A stretch of DNA of 64,000 bases from Octopus vulgaris (taxonomy: Eukaryota). Under the pieces are notes generated by a model. The model saw only the letters and a program-made list of their open reading frames with translations, ran no database searches and had not been told where the DNA came from. This document shows, piece by piece, positions 22,411 to 36,780 of the stretch. The stretch covers positions 191,642,001 to 191,706,000 of the forward strand of contig OX597814.1 in assembly GCA_951406725.2 (NCBI GenBank), given 5' to 3'. Position 1 is the stretch's first letter; each line of letters begins with the position of its first letter. Made by a program: the position numbers and the translations under genes.

Positions 22411-24554
22411 TCTGAAACATTTGAATCATTCAGACTAGTCATGTCTATCTATGTCAAGACTGCATTCATTATACTTTAGTAGTTATCTAATGTAGAAAAT
22501 AACATTTCTGAATTTTATGCCACTTCACACATTTTCCTGTATAATATATCAACTAACGTTTCCATTGTTAAGAAATTAATATTCAAGCCATAACTGACTA
22601 GAATGACATACTCAATTTTAGTTTGGGGAACAAATTTTTCATTCAACTGTTTGGCTTCTCTCTTAAGAGCTGAGTTCATGTTTCTCAGAAATTCTCTATA
22701 ACAAATTGAGAAGTTTAGGATATAAAGTATCCCGGCAGCAGGCTAGTTGTTCATTTGATATAGCTAAGAGGCTTTTTAGCTTATTCTCTCGCCTAGTGTG
22801 ATGTATTTATGAAAGCAAATGTATAGAAATAAAAAAGAAATAAAAATTATACCTGTTTTAAGTAAGGAATATGAACTGCTATCTTTGAATGTTACTAGAG
22901 ATATTTTGTAATAATAGTCAGAAAACTAGAGCTTGTTAAATTGCAAAGGTCTTGCTCTACTTAATAGAAGATTGATGTTCTCTGCCTTCATACTAACACG
23001 AGTTTGCATCTTTTTGATACAAGTCTACCTCAGACTGCCTCTGGTTCTTGAAATAGAATCTCTTATCTTAAAAGTATTCAGGTGTGAATTAAAAATCTTC
23101 TGTTAAAATTTCATGTCTGAATTTTGAGTTAAATTATTGTTCCAAATGGCAGTTTACTCTTTTACTTGCTTGTTTCAGTCATTTGACAGTGGCCATGCTG
23201 GAGCACCGCCTTTAGTCGAGCAAATTGACCCCAGGACTTATTCTGTCATGCAGTGGGACTGAACCCAGAACCATGTGGTTGGGAAACAAGCTTCTTACCA
23301 TACAGTCACACCTGTGCTTCATATTCAAAATTTATTAAAACACATAGGTCATACAAAGGTTGAAATACACTTAGCTAATAATGTTTTGCCCTGCAAACTG
23401 TAATTAGGTACACCATCCCACACCACTCAATAGCACAAATGCACCATTTGGTTGGTTATTTGGTACTCGTTTAATTAAACAATCGACAACTAATTTTGTG
23501 GTTTCTGGTGTTTAACTCAAATACTTAGGAAAAGTAGCAGTTTAATGTCAATTCCTGAGATATGATACTAAGGTGGTGAAGTAGCACAATTGTTAGAGTT
23601 TCAGATGAATTACTTTGGCAGTATCTATTTCAGTACCTTGCATTTTGAGTTCAATATCAGCAAAGGTTAATTTTTCCCTTTCATCTTTCTAGGGGCTCAA
23701 TAAATGAAGTGCCATCCTGGGTGGTGGGCAGGTGGAAACTTTAGAACATCTGATGGGATGATTCATAATATTTATTCTGGCTTTTTGCATTTTGAGATCA
23801 AAACCTACCTGGCCTACACAGGTGTCAGATTTACCTTGTTGCTCTGATTAATATCACTAATTGTCCTTTAGGTGACTTAATGGGGGGGGGGGGGCTGTTG
23901 TAAGTATTTACATGAGATCTGTGCACTGGTTGACTACCCTACTAAACAAACTAGCAGCATCACATATGGGAGGATAACTAAAAAGGATAATGGAATGAGA
24001 ACAATCTATTTCAGTGGGATTAATAAAGGATTTAGTTCCAAATTCTGAGAACATTACAGAGTACAACAGGCACCAGAAGAAGATGGATGGATTGTACAAT
24101 GGCTGAAACACAGTGACTATAACAACAAAGATGAGGTCACTAGTTCTTATATATCCTCATCTTCGTTCCCCACCACCACCACCACCATCATTAGAGTTTT
24201 AACGTTCCCTTTTCCATGTTTGCATGGGACACACAGAATTCATCGCGGTAGATTTTTCTGTTGCCAGATGCCCTCAATTGTTTCCAAGCAAGGTAATATT
24301 TCCTGAGGGCCAGACATGTTTCCACAGAAAATTGCAAGACATTTACAAGACAAGGAAACACAAACATATACACACATACATGATTGATGCCAGTGCCACC
24401 TGACTGGCTTCTGTGCTGGTGGCACATAAAAAGCACCATTTGAGTGTGGTCATTGCCAGTGTTCCTTGATTGGCTTCCATCCAGCTTTAGAAATTTTACC
24501 ACATCAGATTGGAGTCTGGTGCAGCCTCTTGGCTTGCCAGTCCTCAGTCAAACC

Positions 24555-24766
24555 TATTTCTATTTCTTTACTACCCACAAGAGGCTAAACACAGAGGGGA
24601 CAGACACACGGATTAAGTCGATTATATCGACCCCAGTGCGTAACTGGTACTTAATTTATCGACCCCGAGAGGATGAAAGGCAAAGTTGAATTTGAACTCA
24701 GAACGTAACGGCAAGTGAAATACAGCTAAGCATTTCGCCCGGCGTGCTAACGTTTCTGCCAGCTCG
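24555..24766 (-). mobile_element. SINE family 2 inserted in an RTE 3' UTR fragment
   Basis: TSD CCTCAGTCAAACC at 24542-24554 and 24767-24779. Confidence 0.9.
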
Positions 24767-25083
24767 CCTCAGTCAAACCGTCCAACCCATGCCAGCATGG
24801 AAAGCGGATGTTAAACAATGATAATGATGATGCTGATGATGATGATTACAACACAAGACATATTTGTAGAAGATTTCCTTCAACACTTCCACTAAATGCT
24901 AACACAACAAACTGATGCTGTCTGTAACAGCAAACAAACACTATGTACTCTTGATAAGGTCAATAACTTCATGGACATGAACACTTCCTCAAAAATTAAA
25001 AGTTAGTAACATTTATGGTCAGCTATTTTGAAACACAGCTTCTCAAACCTAATTATAAATTTGCATTTGGTATAACATCTTTG

Positions 25084-26196
25084 AAGCGGCGAGCTGGCAG
25101 AAACGTTAGCACGCTGGGTGAAATGCTTTGCGGTATTTTGTCTGCCGTTACATTCATCATCATCATCATCATCGTTTAGCGTCCGTTTTCCATGCTAGCA
25201 TGGGTTGGACGGTTCTACTGGGGTCTGTGAAGCCAGAAGGCTTCATCAGGCCCAGTCAAATCTGGTAGTGTTTCTACGGCTGGATGCCCTTCCTAACGCC
25301 AACCACTCCGAGAGTGTAGTGGGTGCTTTTTACGTGCCACCCGCACAGGTGCCAGACAGAGGTGGCAAACGGCCATGAACGGATGGTGCTTTTTATGTGC
25401 CACCGGCACGAGGGCCAGGCGAGGCTGGCAACGGACACGAAACGGGCTGGTGCTGGCAACGGTCGCGAAATGGAAGGTTCTCTTACATGCCACCGGCACT
25501 GGTAACACATCTGCAATTTCCATTGATCGATTTCGATTCTGATCCTCACTTGCCTCAACAGGTCTTCACAAGTAGAGTTTTGTGTCCCAAGAAGGGAAGG
25601 TATGCATACGTAGGCTGGCTCCATCCCATGTAGAAGGCCACGGGTTATGGACTCACTTGTCCTGTCGGGTCTTCTCGCGCACAGCACACTTCCAGAGGAC
25701 TCGGTCTCTAGTCATTTCCTCAGTGAGACCTAAAGTTCGAAGGTCGTGCTTCACCACCTCGTCCCAGGTTTTCCTGGGTCTGCCTCTTCCATAGGTTCCC
25801 TCAACCACTAGGGTGTGGTACTTTTTCACACAACTATCTTCATCCATTCTCGCCACATGACCATACCAGCGCAAACGTCTCTCTTGCACACCACAACTGA
25901 TGCTTCTTAGGTCCAGCTTTTCTCTCAAGGTACTTACACTCTGCCGAGTATGAGTACTGACATTACACATCCATCAGAGCATACTGGCTTCATTTCTTGC
26001 GAGCTTACGCATATCCTCAGCAGTCACGGCCCATTCTGATTTCAAATTCTGCTGAGGTCAACTTTGCCTTTCATCCTTTCGGGGTCGATAAATTAAGTAC
26101 CAGCTACGCACTGGGGTCGATGTAATTGACTTAATCCCTTTCTCCGTCCTTGTTTGTCCCCTCTGTGTTTAGCCCCTTGTGCGTAGTAAAGAATTA
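25084..26196 (+). mobile_element. SINE family 2 interrupted by a truncated RTE
   Basis: TSD GGTATAACATCTTTG at 25069-25083 and 26197-26211. Confidence 0.9.
25156..26031 (-). mobile_element. 5'-truncated copy of the same RTE (RT C-terminus, 3' UTR, tail) nested in a SINE
   Basis: Nearly identical to 897-1888. CATTC is duplicated at 25151-25155 and 26032-26036, and the host SINE rejoins across the insertion. Confidence 0.93.
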
Positions 26197-27617
26197 GGTA
26201 TAACATCTTTGGTACTCTTGGTTTATATTACATAAATCAACTAACCATCACTTGTAAGCAAATAAGAGCTGGTAGTATGTTAGCTTCTGCCATTAATTAA
26301 TTATATTAGACTTTTCTCCCTAATGGATCATAAGCCATTAAAGACTTTTCACCACTGTCCCTGACTTCAGACTGATCTTTCTACTCCTCTCCAATTGGAT
26401 CCCTGCTTCCTTGCAGTTTCCCTTCTGATTTAGCTGTTCAGTGTCATGTTTTCCTGAAGGAAGGTCTACCTCTCTCAGGTCTTATTGCTTTTAAATTGAC
26501 ATCAATGCTTCTGTAAATGTTTTTTTCTTTTTACTAGGTAATGGTATTGGCCTTATGCAAATCCATTTTCACCTCTAGGAAGAGATGGTCCATATTAGCC
26601 TGGCTTTTTTTCTTTGACCTATCCAGCATGGGAGATCCTACCAAGAGCTTGTGCTCTGCTGGCACAGCTCTCAAGGTCATTGAGGCTACATAAGCCACCA
26701 CACTGCCACAAGAACTTGACCTTGTGGTGGAGCATGTACCTTGCTTTTGTTAATTGTATTTGATGCTGATGTAAATGCAAGTGGACACAGGTACTCTCTT
26801 GACCATCTCACCCTTTACTCAGTTGTGACAGCCAGAGGGAGAATGGGTGCAACATCTGTATTCATTTGAGGTGAGTTGCCTAAAAAAAAGATGTTAAGTG
26901 AAATGCCTTGCTCAAGGAGTCAATGCACTGCCCATTTGAGGATTTAAACCTACAGCCTTATGATGATAAGCTTAACATCCCTAACCACTCAGCTAATATA
27001 CCTTCACTTATATTAAATGGTTAAACTGCATAGCTCTTTTTCGGAACTATAAACAGTAGCATGCAAATATCGGGTGGAAAATAACAGTCTGTAAAAGTTG
27101 GAGATTTCTGTTATAGAAAGAGACTAAGTCATATATTGCAAACCTTAAAACATGAATTGAAATAAAGTAAAAAGTTGCAAAGCTGTTTGTATTTTTTTTT
27201 AAAGCGGCACATTGAATATTTTATGAGAAGTAGCAATAATAAGAGGATGTAATTGTTGAATAAATCATGTTGTGTAAATAAATATATATATAAGAAGTTA
27301 TTATATTTTGGTAATATTGAATTCCTCCCTCACAGCTGTGAAGGCCATTGGTACAGCTGTGCAAGGCTTTTGGAAAATGATTGGTTAAATTATTGATAAA
27401 AAGAACATTCTATTTTTAACTGTTTTTTTCTCTCTTTTTTTTTTATTGCATGAATTAATGGGTGTATAAAATCTAACTATTCAATGAATTGCTTATTCTG
27501 TGGGTTTCACTGCTAGAAGCTCTTGAATGATAAACTATTTTCAGATATTAGGATATGAATTGAGGAATATTTCACAGCTATCTAAAGAAGGTTGGGTGAT
27601 CATGTATGGACTCACCT

Positions 27618-27849
27618 ATTTCTTTACTACCCACAAAGGGCTAAACACAGAGAGGACAAACAAGGACAGACAAACGGATTAAGTCGATTATATCGACCCC
27701 AGTGCGTAACTGGTACTTACTTAATCAACCCTGAAAGGATGAAAGGCAAAGTTGACCTCGGCAGAATTTGAACTCAGAACATAACAGCAGACAAAATACG
27801 GCTATGCATTTTGCCCGGCGTGCTAACAATTCTGCCAGCTCACCACCTT
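27618..27849 (-). mobile_element. SINE family 2, full-length monomer
   Basis: TSD TGTATGGACTCACCT at 27603-27617 and 27850-27864. Confidence 0.92.
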
Positions 27850-28132
27850 TGTATGGACTCACCTGCCATCAGACAACTATCGTTCTCTGAACACCTTGTT
27901 TCCCTAGGAATGGATACATTAAAGCTCCAACATCAGCAACTGACTTGGTAGACAGCTACAAGATTATTCACCATCTTCCCAACAACAACTGACAGCAAAT
28001 GAGCATGGGAATGAGGGCAGTACTGTTGGTCAACTCCTTGCTATCTGTCTGTCTGAGGTGCTGGCTATGCCTCCCACTGCATTGCTGCCAAACCCTGCTC
28101 ACCTTGGGCACCTTTTTGAATTCCATATATTT

Positions 28133-28364
28133 TGTTTTCTTTACTAACCACAAGGGGCTAAACATAGAGGGGACAAACAAGGACAGACAAAGTGATTAAA
28201 TCAATTACATCAAACCCAGTGCGAAACTGGTACTTTAATTTATCGACCCCGAAAGGATGAAAGGCAAAGTTGACCTTGGCAGAATTTTAACTCAGAACGT
28301 AACGACAGACGAAATACCGCTAAGCATTTCGCCCGGCGCGCTAATGTTTCTGCCAGCTTGCCAT
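28133..28364 (-). mobile_element. SINE family 2, full-length monomer
   Basis: TSD CCTTTTTGAATTCCATATATTT at 28111-28132 and 28365-28386. Confidence 0.92.
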
Positions 28365-28699
28365 CCTTTTTGAATTCCATATATTTAACACTTGTGGACA
28401 TGCTTGCAAAATCAAAAAGACAACACAGCGCCCATTATTTTTAAAAACATTTTATCATGTTCACAATTGCTGAACCATGGAATAAACTACTCACATCAGC
28501 TGTTAGCTGTTGGGACACCACATCATTCAAAACTTCCATGCTTTATGAAATTCACCAACAGTACACCTAATGCGCTTTTTGTCTTTTTTTTAAGTGACTC
28601 ATTCACTACAGTTCTATATTTAAGAGATGAGGAATTATGTAATTATTTACATTATTTACATGATTTATATTTGATGGATATTTGTCCTCATCAAGATGT

Positions 28700-29240
<541 letters not shown>

Positions 29241-31210
29241 AGCATACATTTATTTAAAATAGAATACCATGCATCATCCTAGTCTGTTTCCAGACTAAAC
29301 CGTGCTTCCATCTTTTGGGATCACAGTACCATTTTCATCCCCTAATGTTTTAGTGAATGCATCTTAGGTCTAGCAATGCAATCTTCATCGTTGTGTATTG
29401 AATAAATGATCAAGGACCGTTCTCATCACTGGCGTTTCGATTGCAATGCCTTTCCTAATTACTTCTAACTTATTTATCAGTTCCTCTTCTCTGTTTCTCT
29501 CCATCATTTGTTCTTCACTTCATGTTGCCAGTTCTGTTCTATATTGCTCTGTTCTGGGTACCTCACCAACAAACAGTTGTTGACCTCTACCGTTGTCAAC
29601 CACGGCTTAAATAGATTGCTAATCCACATCTTACACTTCCTATAAATCCTTAATTTAATGAGAAAGCAGAAATGATAGATTAATGTGTGTATATGTGTGT
29701 ATGTATATAAGTATGTATATATATATATATGTATGTGCATATATATAAGTATATATATATACACACACACATACATATACATTTAATACACACACATACA
29801 TTTACAGATGCACACACATACATTCACAGACACACACACATACACATATTCACAGACACACAGACACGGACACATACAGACACACAGGCACACACACACA
29901 CATACACACACACACACACACACAACACACAACACACATTATCCATTATTTCTTCTTGCATGGAAAGTGTTTGCAGAATGATGATGATGATGATGATATA
30001 TATTTATAAGTTTATAATGCATGGATATATATATATATATATATGCATTTATATGTGTGTGTGTGTGTATGTGTATGCGTGTGTGTGTGTTAGAATCCTT
30101 TTAATTTTTTTATTGCTTATATTTGAGGTCAATAGCTTCATTGGACATTTGATCTCACAGAGGGATCTAATGGCCTGACAATGGCATATTCATTAAGTTT
30201 TGTAATACTTTCATCATCAACACCAGCACCGCTACCTCTGCCACTGCCAATTTAACCTCCACCTTCACCCCACTATCACCACTGTCGCCACGACGATAAC
30301 GACAACGATGACCACCACCACCATCGCTACCACCATTACCACGACTGCTATCATTACTATAGTGACAGTACTGATCTCCAATACAATCAATATAAAAAAA
30401 TTGTTATTGAATTTAGATTTTCTTTCATTTTTGTGATGAGTATATTAAAACTGAACAATATGTATGCATTTATATAGAATAGTATACACACACACATGGG
30501 TTTGTATATATATGCATATACATTTGGCGAAAGATGCGAGTGAAGATGTGTACGTTTTCATAGTGATGTAAGCGTACGCACGTGGGTGCGTAAGCGCACA
30601 TGTGTACGTATGAACAGGCATGCTTACACGTTTACTATGAACTTTTAACCTTATCTTAATTAGCGGTCATTCAAATTAGTGCTTTTGTATAAATAGTGGT
30701 CTATAACACAGTAATTTTCCTTTTGTATAACAGTCTTTTTTTCATAGTGTTTTTCAGATGGTCAGATAACTGAAGAGATGGTGATGTGGATTTCCACTTT
30801 GGCATCAAAAACTCAGTGTTTTATCTTGGCTACCGAATAATTGTCACATATTATATTTACAGATAAATTCCTCTATTTACATAATATTGAGGTCTCTTTC
30901 TTTTGTTATCTTACCGTTTTTACCAATATATATATATATAATAAAATACAAAATGGGTCAAGAACACAAAACATCCAGACAACTAGGTGATACAAAAAGG
31001 GACAATAAAACATCCAGATAGATGATACAAAAAAACAAGGACAGGTCATTCGAAGCCTTTTATCTTCAGTCAAGAACCGGATCATCCTCGCAATTTCGGC
31101 TGATTAATCTTGAGATTGCTCCAATCTCAAGGTTATATACATATATCTAAGTGATTTTACCAGGGGTCAGCATGGAAATAAAAACCTTATAGATAAATTT
31201 TACAAATATT

Positions 31211-31445
31211 TTAATAATTATATACATAATTATAACAAGGGATTGGCTATAAGCTTCTCACGCGCTAGAAAAATAGACGTCTAAAGACACTATTACCATC
31301 TGTAAAAATCCGCAAAATAAAAACATGAGCTTATTTTTCAGAGTTTTTAAGGTTGTAATAGCGTCTTTAGGCATCTATTTTTTCAGTGCGTGGAGAAGCT
31401 TATAGGCAATCAATCCCTTGCTATAATTATGTATATAATTATTAA
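31211..31445. repeat. Long imperfect palindrome (~110-bp arms)
   Basis: ttaataattatatacataattata... pairs with ...tataattatgtatataattattaa; loop at ~31321-31330. Confidence 0.88.
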
Positions 31446-31472
31446 GGTATACATATATATAAACATATATAA

Positions 31473-31538
<66 letters not shown>

Positions 31539-32390
31539 GTGTAGGACAAAACTTCATATTCACTCTCAATATTATACTTTTTTTTTCTGTCGTTTCAGCT
31601 CAGAGCTGCGGCCATGCTGATGCACTGCCGTTAAAGAATAATAATGTTTAAAAGGATTCTAACACACACACACACACACACATAATAATAATGTTTAAGA
31701 ATAATAAATTTGTATCCTGAAAATATGGAGTAACCCATCAGATTGATTTAATATTGTATTTATTGTAATTGAACATAAAACCAAATATATATACATGCAC
31801 ATGCACAGATATAGAAACATACATACCTGCATACATATATGCAAACATACATACATACATGCACATACATACATACATGCATGCATGCATACATACATAT
31901 ACATACATACATACATGCACACATACATACACACATACATACATGCATACATACATGCAAACATACATACATACATGCATACATACAAGCATGCACATAC
32001 ATACATACATACATAGTGGCTGTGTGGTGAGTAGTTTACTTCCGAACCACATGTTTCTGCATTCAGTCCCACTGCATGCACCTTCTACAATAGCCCAGTA
32101 ATGCTCTGTAAAGGAGTTGATGTTTGGCAGGGCATCCAACTGTAGAAACCCTACCAAACAGGCAGCAGAGCTTAGTGTAATCTACTGTCTTTTCACTTCC
32201 CTATCTAACTCTCCAACCCATGCCAGCATGGAAAATGAACGCTAAATGACGACGATGACGATGATGAAATTGAGGATGACAATATAAACTGTTTGTCCCT
32301 AGAAGACATATGCTTTTCCCTTCTCGGTATCTTTATTTCTCACCACTATTCGACCTTGTGCTATGTTTTCGGAATATTCTTTATGTTGTA

Positions 32391-32849
32391 CTAGCAGTAT
32401 CGCCCGGCGTTGCTCGGGTTTGTAAGGGAAATAGTTATATAAGCATTTTTAGAGAGTTACTTCCCTTATAGATGCCAATTCGGGCTTTCTTAGCCATTTC
32501 TGTTTTGGTGTCTTCAAGCCATGAAGTCGTTGTTCTAAAAGAACGCTGGTCTCCTTGACAACGCTTTACGACGTTGATTTCCTTACACTCCCTTCCCCAC
32601 AGCTTCACGAGGGAGGGAAGAAGGGGAAGAAGCAAATTATGCATTAAAATGGAATAAAAAATTATGTTAAATTATTTTTAAAATCGTAGACTCATCGTAG
32701 ACGCGCGCTAATACTCAGACGGGCTCGATATGAATCACGACTATAAGCTACCCGAATTTGGTTAAACTGCACCGCAAAATGTGGGAGTTGTTAGGAATCT
32801 AAATCGAAGGGGACAGACACTCACACAACTACAGTTTTATATATATAGA
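32391..32849 (-). mobile_element. Non-autonomous Helitron
   Basis: Minus strand begins TC, ends with hairpin CCCGAGCAACGCCGGG followed by CTAG, and is inserted between A and T with no TSD. Confidence 0.88.
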
Positions 32850-33046
32850 TGTCTCGTTACTCTGCTTGTTTTTTCCGTTGTTCGAAAAAAAGTTCATTTC
32901 TATGTTTTTGTTTTTATGTTATCGTTTCTCATTGTGTTCAACATTTTTTGATGTCCTGTACCCATATATGCATGTATATATACATATAGATGTAGGTATG
33001 TACATGATGTATGTATATATGCATATATTTATATATTATTTATATC

Positions 33047-33074
<28 letters not shown>

Positions 33075-33077
<3 letters not shown>

Positions 33078-33308
33078 AATATAAATTAGAGACAAAACCA
33101 ATATTATACAACTCAAACAGTGATAGACATAAACCAAAACATAAATAGCAAATATGATATATTTTTATAAAACATATAACTAGATCTCAAAAAGTGAGAT
33201 CTAGTTATGTTTTATACAAATATATATTATTTGCTATTCATGTTTTGCTTTATGTCTGTCACCGTTTGAGTTGCATAACATTGGTTTTATCTCTAATTTA
33301 TATTTTAT
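33075..33308. repeat. Long imperfect palindrome (~115-bp arms)
   Basis: Centre taactagatctca-aaaag-tgagatctagtta. Confidence 0.92.
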
Positions 33309-33401
33309 ATATTTATATTGTGAAATTTGATTTAATACTAAATTGAATTTTTCCCTGTAAGTTTAGAGTTATACTCCCTAATATTATTATTATATATATA
33401 T

Positions 33402-33843
33402 CAAAATCAAAATCAAAATCAAACCAAATCAAATCAGATATCAGAAAGCAGAACCAAAATCGAAGTCGATCAACATCAATGGAAATTGCAGCTGTGATAC
33501 CAGTGCCGGTGACAAGTAAGTGCACGATCCGATCGTGGCCGTTGCCAGCGCTGCCCCGACTGGCCTCTGTGCCGGTGGCACGTAAAAAGCACCATCCGTT
33601 CGTGGCTGTTACCAGCCTCGTCTGGCCCCCATGCCGGTGGCACGTAAAAAGCACCATCCGTCCGTGGCCGTTTGCCAGCTCCGTCTGGAGTGGTTGGCGT
33701 TAGGAAGGGCATCCAGCCGTAGAAACACTGCCAGATCAGGCTGGGCCTGATGCAGCCTTCTGGCTTCACAGACCCCAGTTGAACCGACCAACCCATGCTA
33801 GCATGGAAAGCGTACGCTAAATGATGATGATGATGATGATGAT
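33402..33843 (+). mobile_element. RTE 3' UTR fragment with pseudoknot repeats
   Basis: Matches the reverse complement of 900-1300; starts in a (TA)n tract and ends in (GAT)n. Confidence 0.88.
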
Positions 33844-34446
33844 ATGCACACACACTCACACACAGATGCTCATTCACATATACAGATTTATATCTATAAG
33901 TATCTATCTATCTATCTATCTATCAATTTATGCATGTATGTATGTATCTGTCTATTCATTTATCTGTGTGTGGAGGGGGGTATAAAAGTGTAAGATAGGA
34001 CACTCATTGCATGCCATGAATATTATTTATTCATTCATCTCATTGCTGCATAGATTATCTTGATTTGTCTGATCCTCTGAGCATTAAAAATATTTGTTTT
34101 TTCTTACATTTTACTCTAAGCATTGACAGGTAATAGCCATGCCCTTCTCATGTTCTCTCAAACTGGTAAAATTTATGCAGTTCAGCTTGAATTTCGATAG
34201 ATTGATGTCTATAGAGAAAATGTAGGTATCAGGGCAATTCCTGAGGGTTTCACTTCTTGGAATATAGATTTCAGTGGAGTCTTTTAGTGTGAAGTACACA
34301 GAATAAGATATAGTACAGATTATGAGATAAGGAGAAAAATGCAATAAAGTATTTTTGCGAAGAGCTGGTGCACTGTTTGGTTTGTCAGAGAAGCAGAAGC
34401 AATCAAAGTAGCATTATATGAAACACTGAAAAAATTCTGCAGATAG

Positions 34447-35150
34447 ACACGGGAGTGGCTGTGTGGTAAGTAGCTTGCTTATCCACTACATGGTTCTGGA
34501 TTCAGCCCCACTGCATGGCACCTTGGGCAAGTGTCTTCTACTATAGCCTTGGGTCGACTGAAGCCTTGTGAGTGGATTTGGTAGATGGAAACTGAAAGAA
34601 GCCTGTCATATATATATATATGTAAAAAAAAATAAAAACATTCGAGTGAGGTTGCTGCTGGACTGGCTCCTGTGCAGGTGGCACGTAAAAAGCACCATTT
34701 GAGCGTGGCCATTGCCAGTACCACCTGACTGGCCCTCATGCTGGTAGCATGTAAAAGCACCCTCTACACTCTCAGAGTGGTTGGCGTTAGGAAGGGCATC
34801 CAGCTGTAGAAACTCTGCCAGATCAGATTGGAGCCTGGTGCCACCATCTGGCTAGCCAGTCCTCAGTCAAAACGTCTAACCCATGCCAGCATGGAAAGTG
34901 GCCATTAAACGATGATGATAATATGTATGTGTGTGTGTATGTTTGTGTGTCTGTGTTTGTACCCCCACCATGGCTTCACAACCAATGTTGGTGTGTTTAC
35001 ATCCCAGTAACTTAGCAGTTCAGCAAAAGAGACTGATAGAATAAGTACTAGGCTTACAAAGAAGAAGTCCTGGGGTTGGTTTGTTTGACTAAAGGTAGTG
35101 TTCCAGCATGGCCACAGTCAAATGACTGAAACAAACAAAATAATAAAAGA
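34447..35150 (+). mobile_element. SINE family 1, interrupted by an RTE fragment
   Basis: Head 34447-34610; tail 34925-35150. Confidence 0.88.
34625..34920 (+). mobile_element. RTE 3' UTR fragment nested in a SINE internal microsatellite
   Basis: Same 3' UTR consensus, with SINE halves on both sides. Confidence 0.85.
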
Positions 35151-35678
35151 ATTAGTGAGTTAGTAGCTGTAGTGTATTGGTGAGTAACAGTTTGTCAATG
35201 CCAGGTGTTCCCTTAATTTTTTTTTTACCTGGATGCTATCTAAAATATTCTTGAGTGTAGCAGCTGCTTTTTCACAGAAACATGAGTAGTATTTTAATCT
35301 AACGTGGGTAATACTTGTACCCCGAAGGGGATCAACAGCTGTTCAGAGCTGAAATAGTTTTTGGCCTTGAAAAGAGGATTTAGATTTTTGAGATGAAGTC
35401 TCGGCTAATTTTTAGGTTATTATTAAAGATAAGATTGTGAAGCCATGCATTTGTAAAATTTGTGTTAGCTTTATTTGTGTGTTGCTCATGAATAAGAAAT
35501 GCCTAATGATGTTAGTCTGTTTCTTTGATCAGTGAAATGATTGCGTTTTAGTTTTGAAGGATACCAGGTCATCCTGACCACATTACAGGATGTTAATGAT
35601 TCTTTTATTCATATAATGGTTCCAGTCATAGGACTACAGCCATACTGGAGCACCACCTAAAGTACTTTTCTTTCAGTT

Positions 35679-35880
35679 TCATTGTCGCTTAATGGCTAGA
35701 ATTTGACCCATGATTGAGCTTGTAGCATTTGATCTTCTCTGAGTGTATCCTTGAATGCTCGGCTGATCCAGTATTGTTGTTAGGTGTTTATCCAATTCTT
35801 TTCTGAATGTTTCAGTAGAGGTCTCTTCTAGATTTCTGATTCCTTTAGGTCGGCAGCTGAACAATTGAGGACCTCTAAAT
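35679..35880 (-). mobile_element. CR1/L2-group LINE C-terminal remnant
   Basis: GPQLFSCRPKGIRNL...FRKELDKHL...DQP resembles the ORF2 end of CR1-group elements. Confidence 0.6.
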
Positions 35881-36004
35881 ATTAGATTAGGAAAAGAGAA
35901 TGTTTTTGCTCATGATTTCAAAGGTGTTCTTAAAGACATAAAGCAAGGGCTAACCAGGTTATGCATGAATGATATGTGTGGATGTTATCATGGAAATACA
36001 TGTA

Positions 36005-36590
36005 TTGGATTGGCAACTAAGTTCCCGCTGTTTTTTTAAATTATGGAATTTATTGCGTTTTTAAATTTTGGAATCTACTTTTTTCGAGAATTCTATTTTT
36101 AAATCATTTTTGAATCTAATTTGTTTTTTTCTAGTTAATTTTAGTTAATTTTTGTTTATTTGAGATCATTAAAATGGAATATCAAGTTAAGAAAAACGAG
36201 CATTTTTGACACCTTCTTTTTGCTTTTAATCAAGGTTCTAAGGCCGCAAAAGCTGCTTGCAATATTTGTGCTGTGTATGGAGAGGGTGCCATAGCTGAAA
36301 GAATCGCTCGTGATTGGTATGCCAAATTCAAAAACGGAAATTTTGACCTCAAAGACATACCTTGTTCTGGCTGTCCAGTTGAGTTCGATGAAGAGCGATT
36401 AAACATGAAAATTCTCGTCAACAGCAGTGCATCAGCATGGCTGCAGCTATGAGCTGAAACTACAGCAAAAGAAAGAAAATGACAACGGAACTGATCAGAG
36501 TAAATGGAATGTTACCACACTGCTATAGAGAAGGATCTTCACGCAATGGGAAAGGTTCAGAAGTATGGAGCATGGGTTCCGCATGCTCCA
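36005..36590 (+). mobile_element. Mariner transposon 5' fragment (TIR plus decayed HTH region)
   Basis: TA|TTGGATTGGCAACTAAG terminus; ATG at 36174; NICAVYGEGAIAERIARDWYAKFKNGNFDLKD, and WVPH at ~36573. Confidence 0.88.
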
Positions 36591-36780
36591 TACTTCCACA
36601 GAAAGGAACACAGAAAGAAACAAGGAGAGAAAATAAAGCATGTGTAGTGGCTAGCAATATATATATATATGTATATATAATAACAAAGGGTAAAATTAAT
36701 TAATTAATAAACTAGTAATCAATAATTTCACCAAGTAGAATTCGGCATGAAAATGGACCATTTCCGGGTAAACTTAAGTA

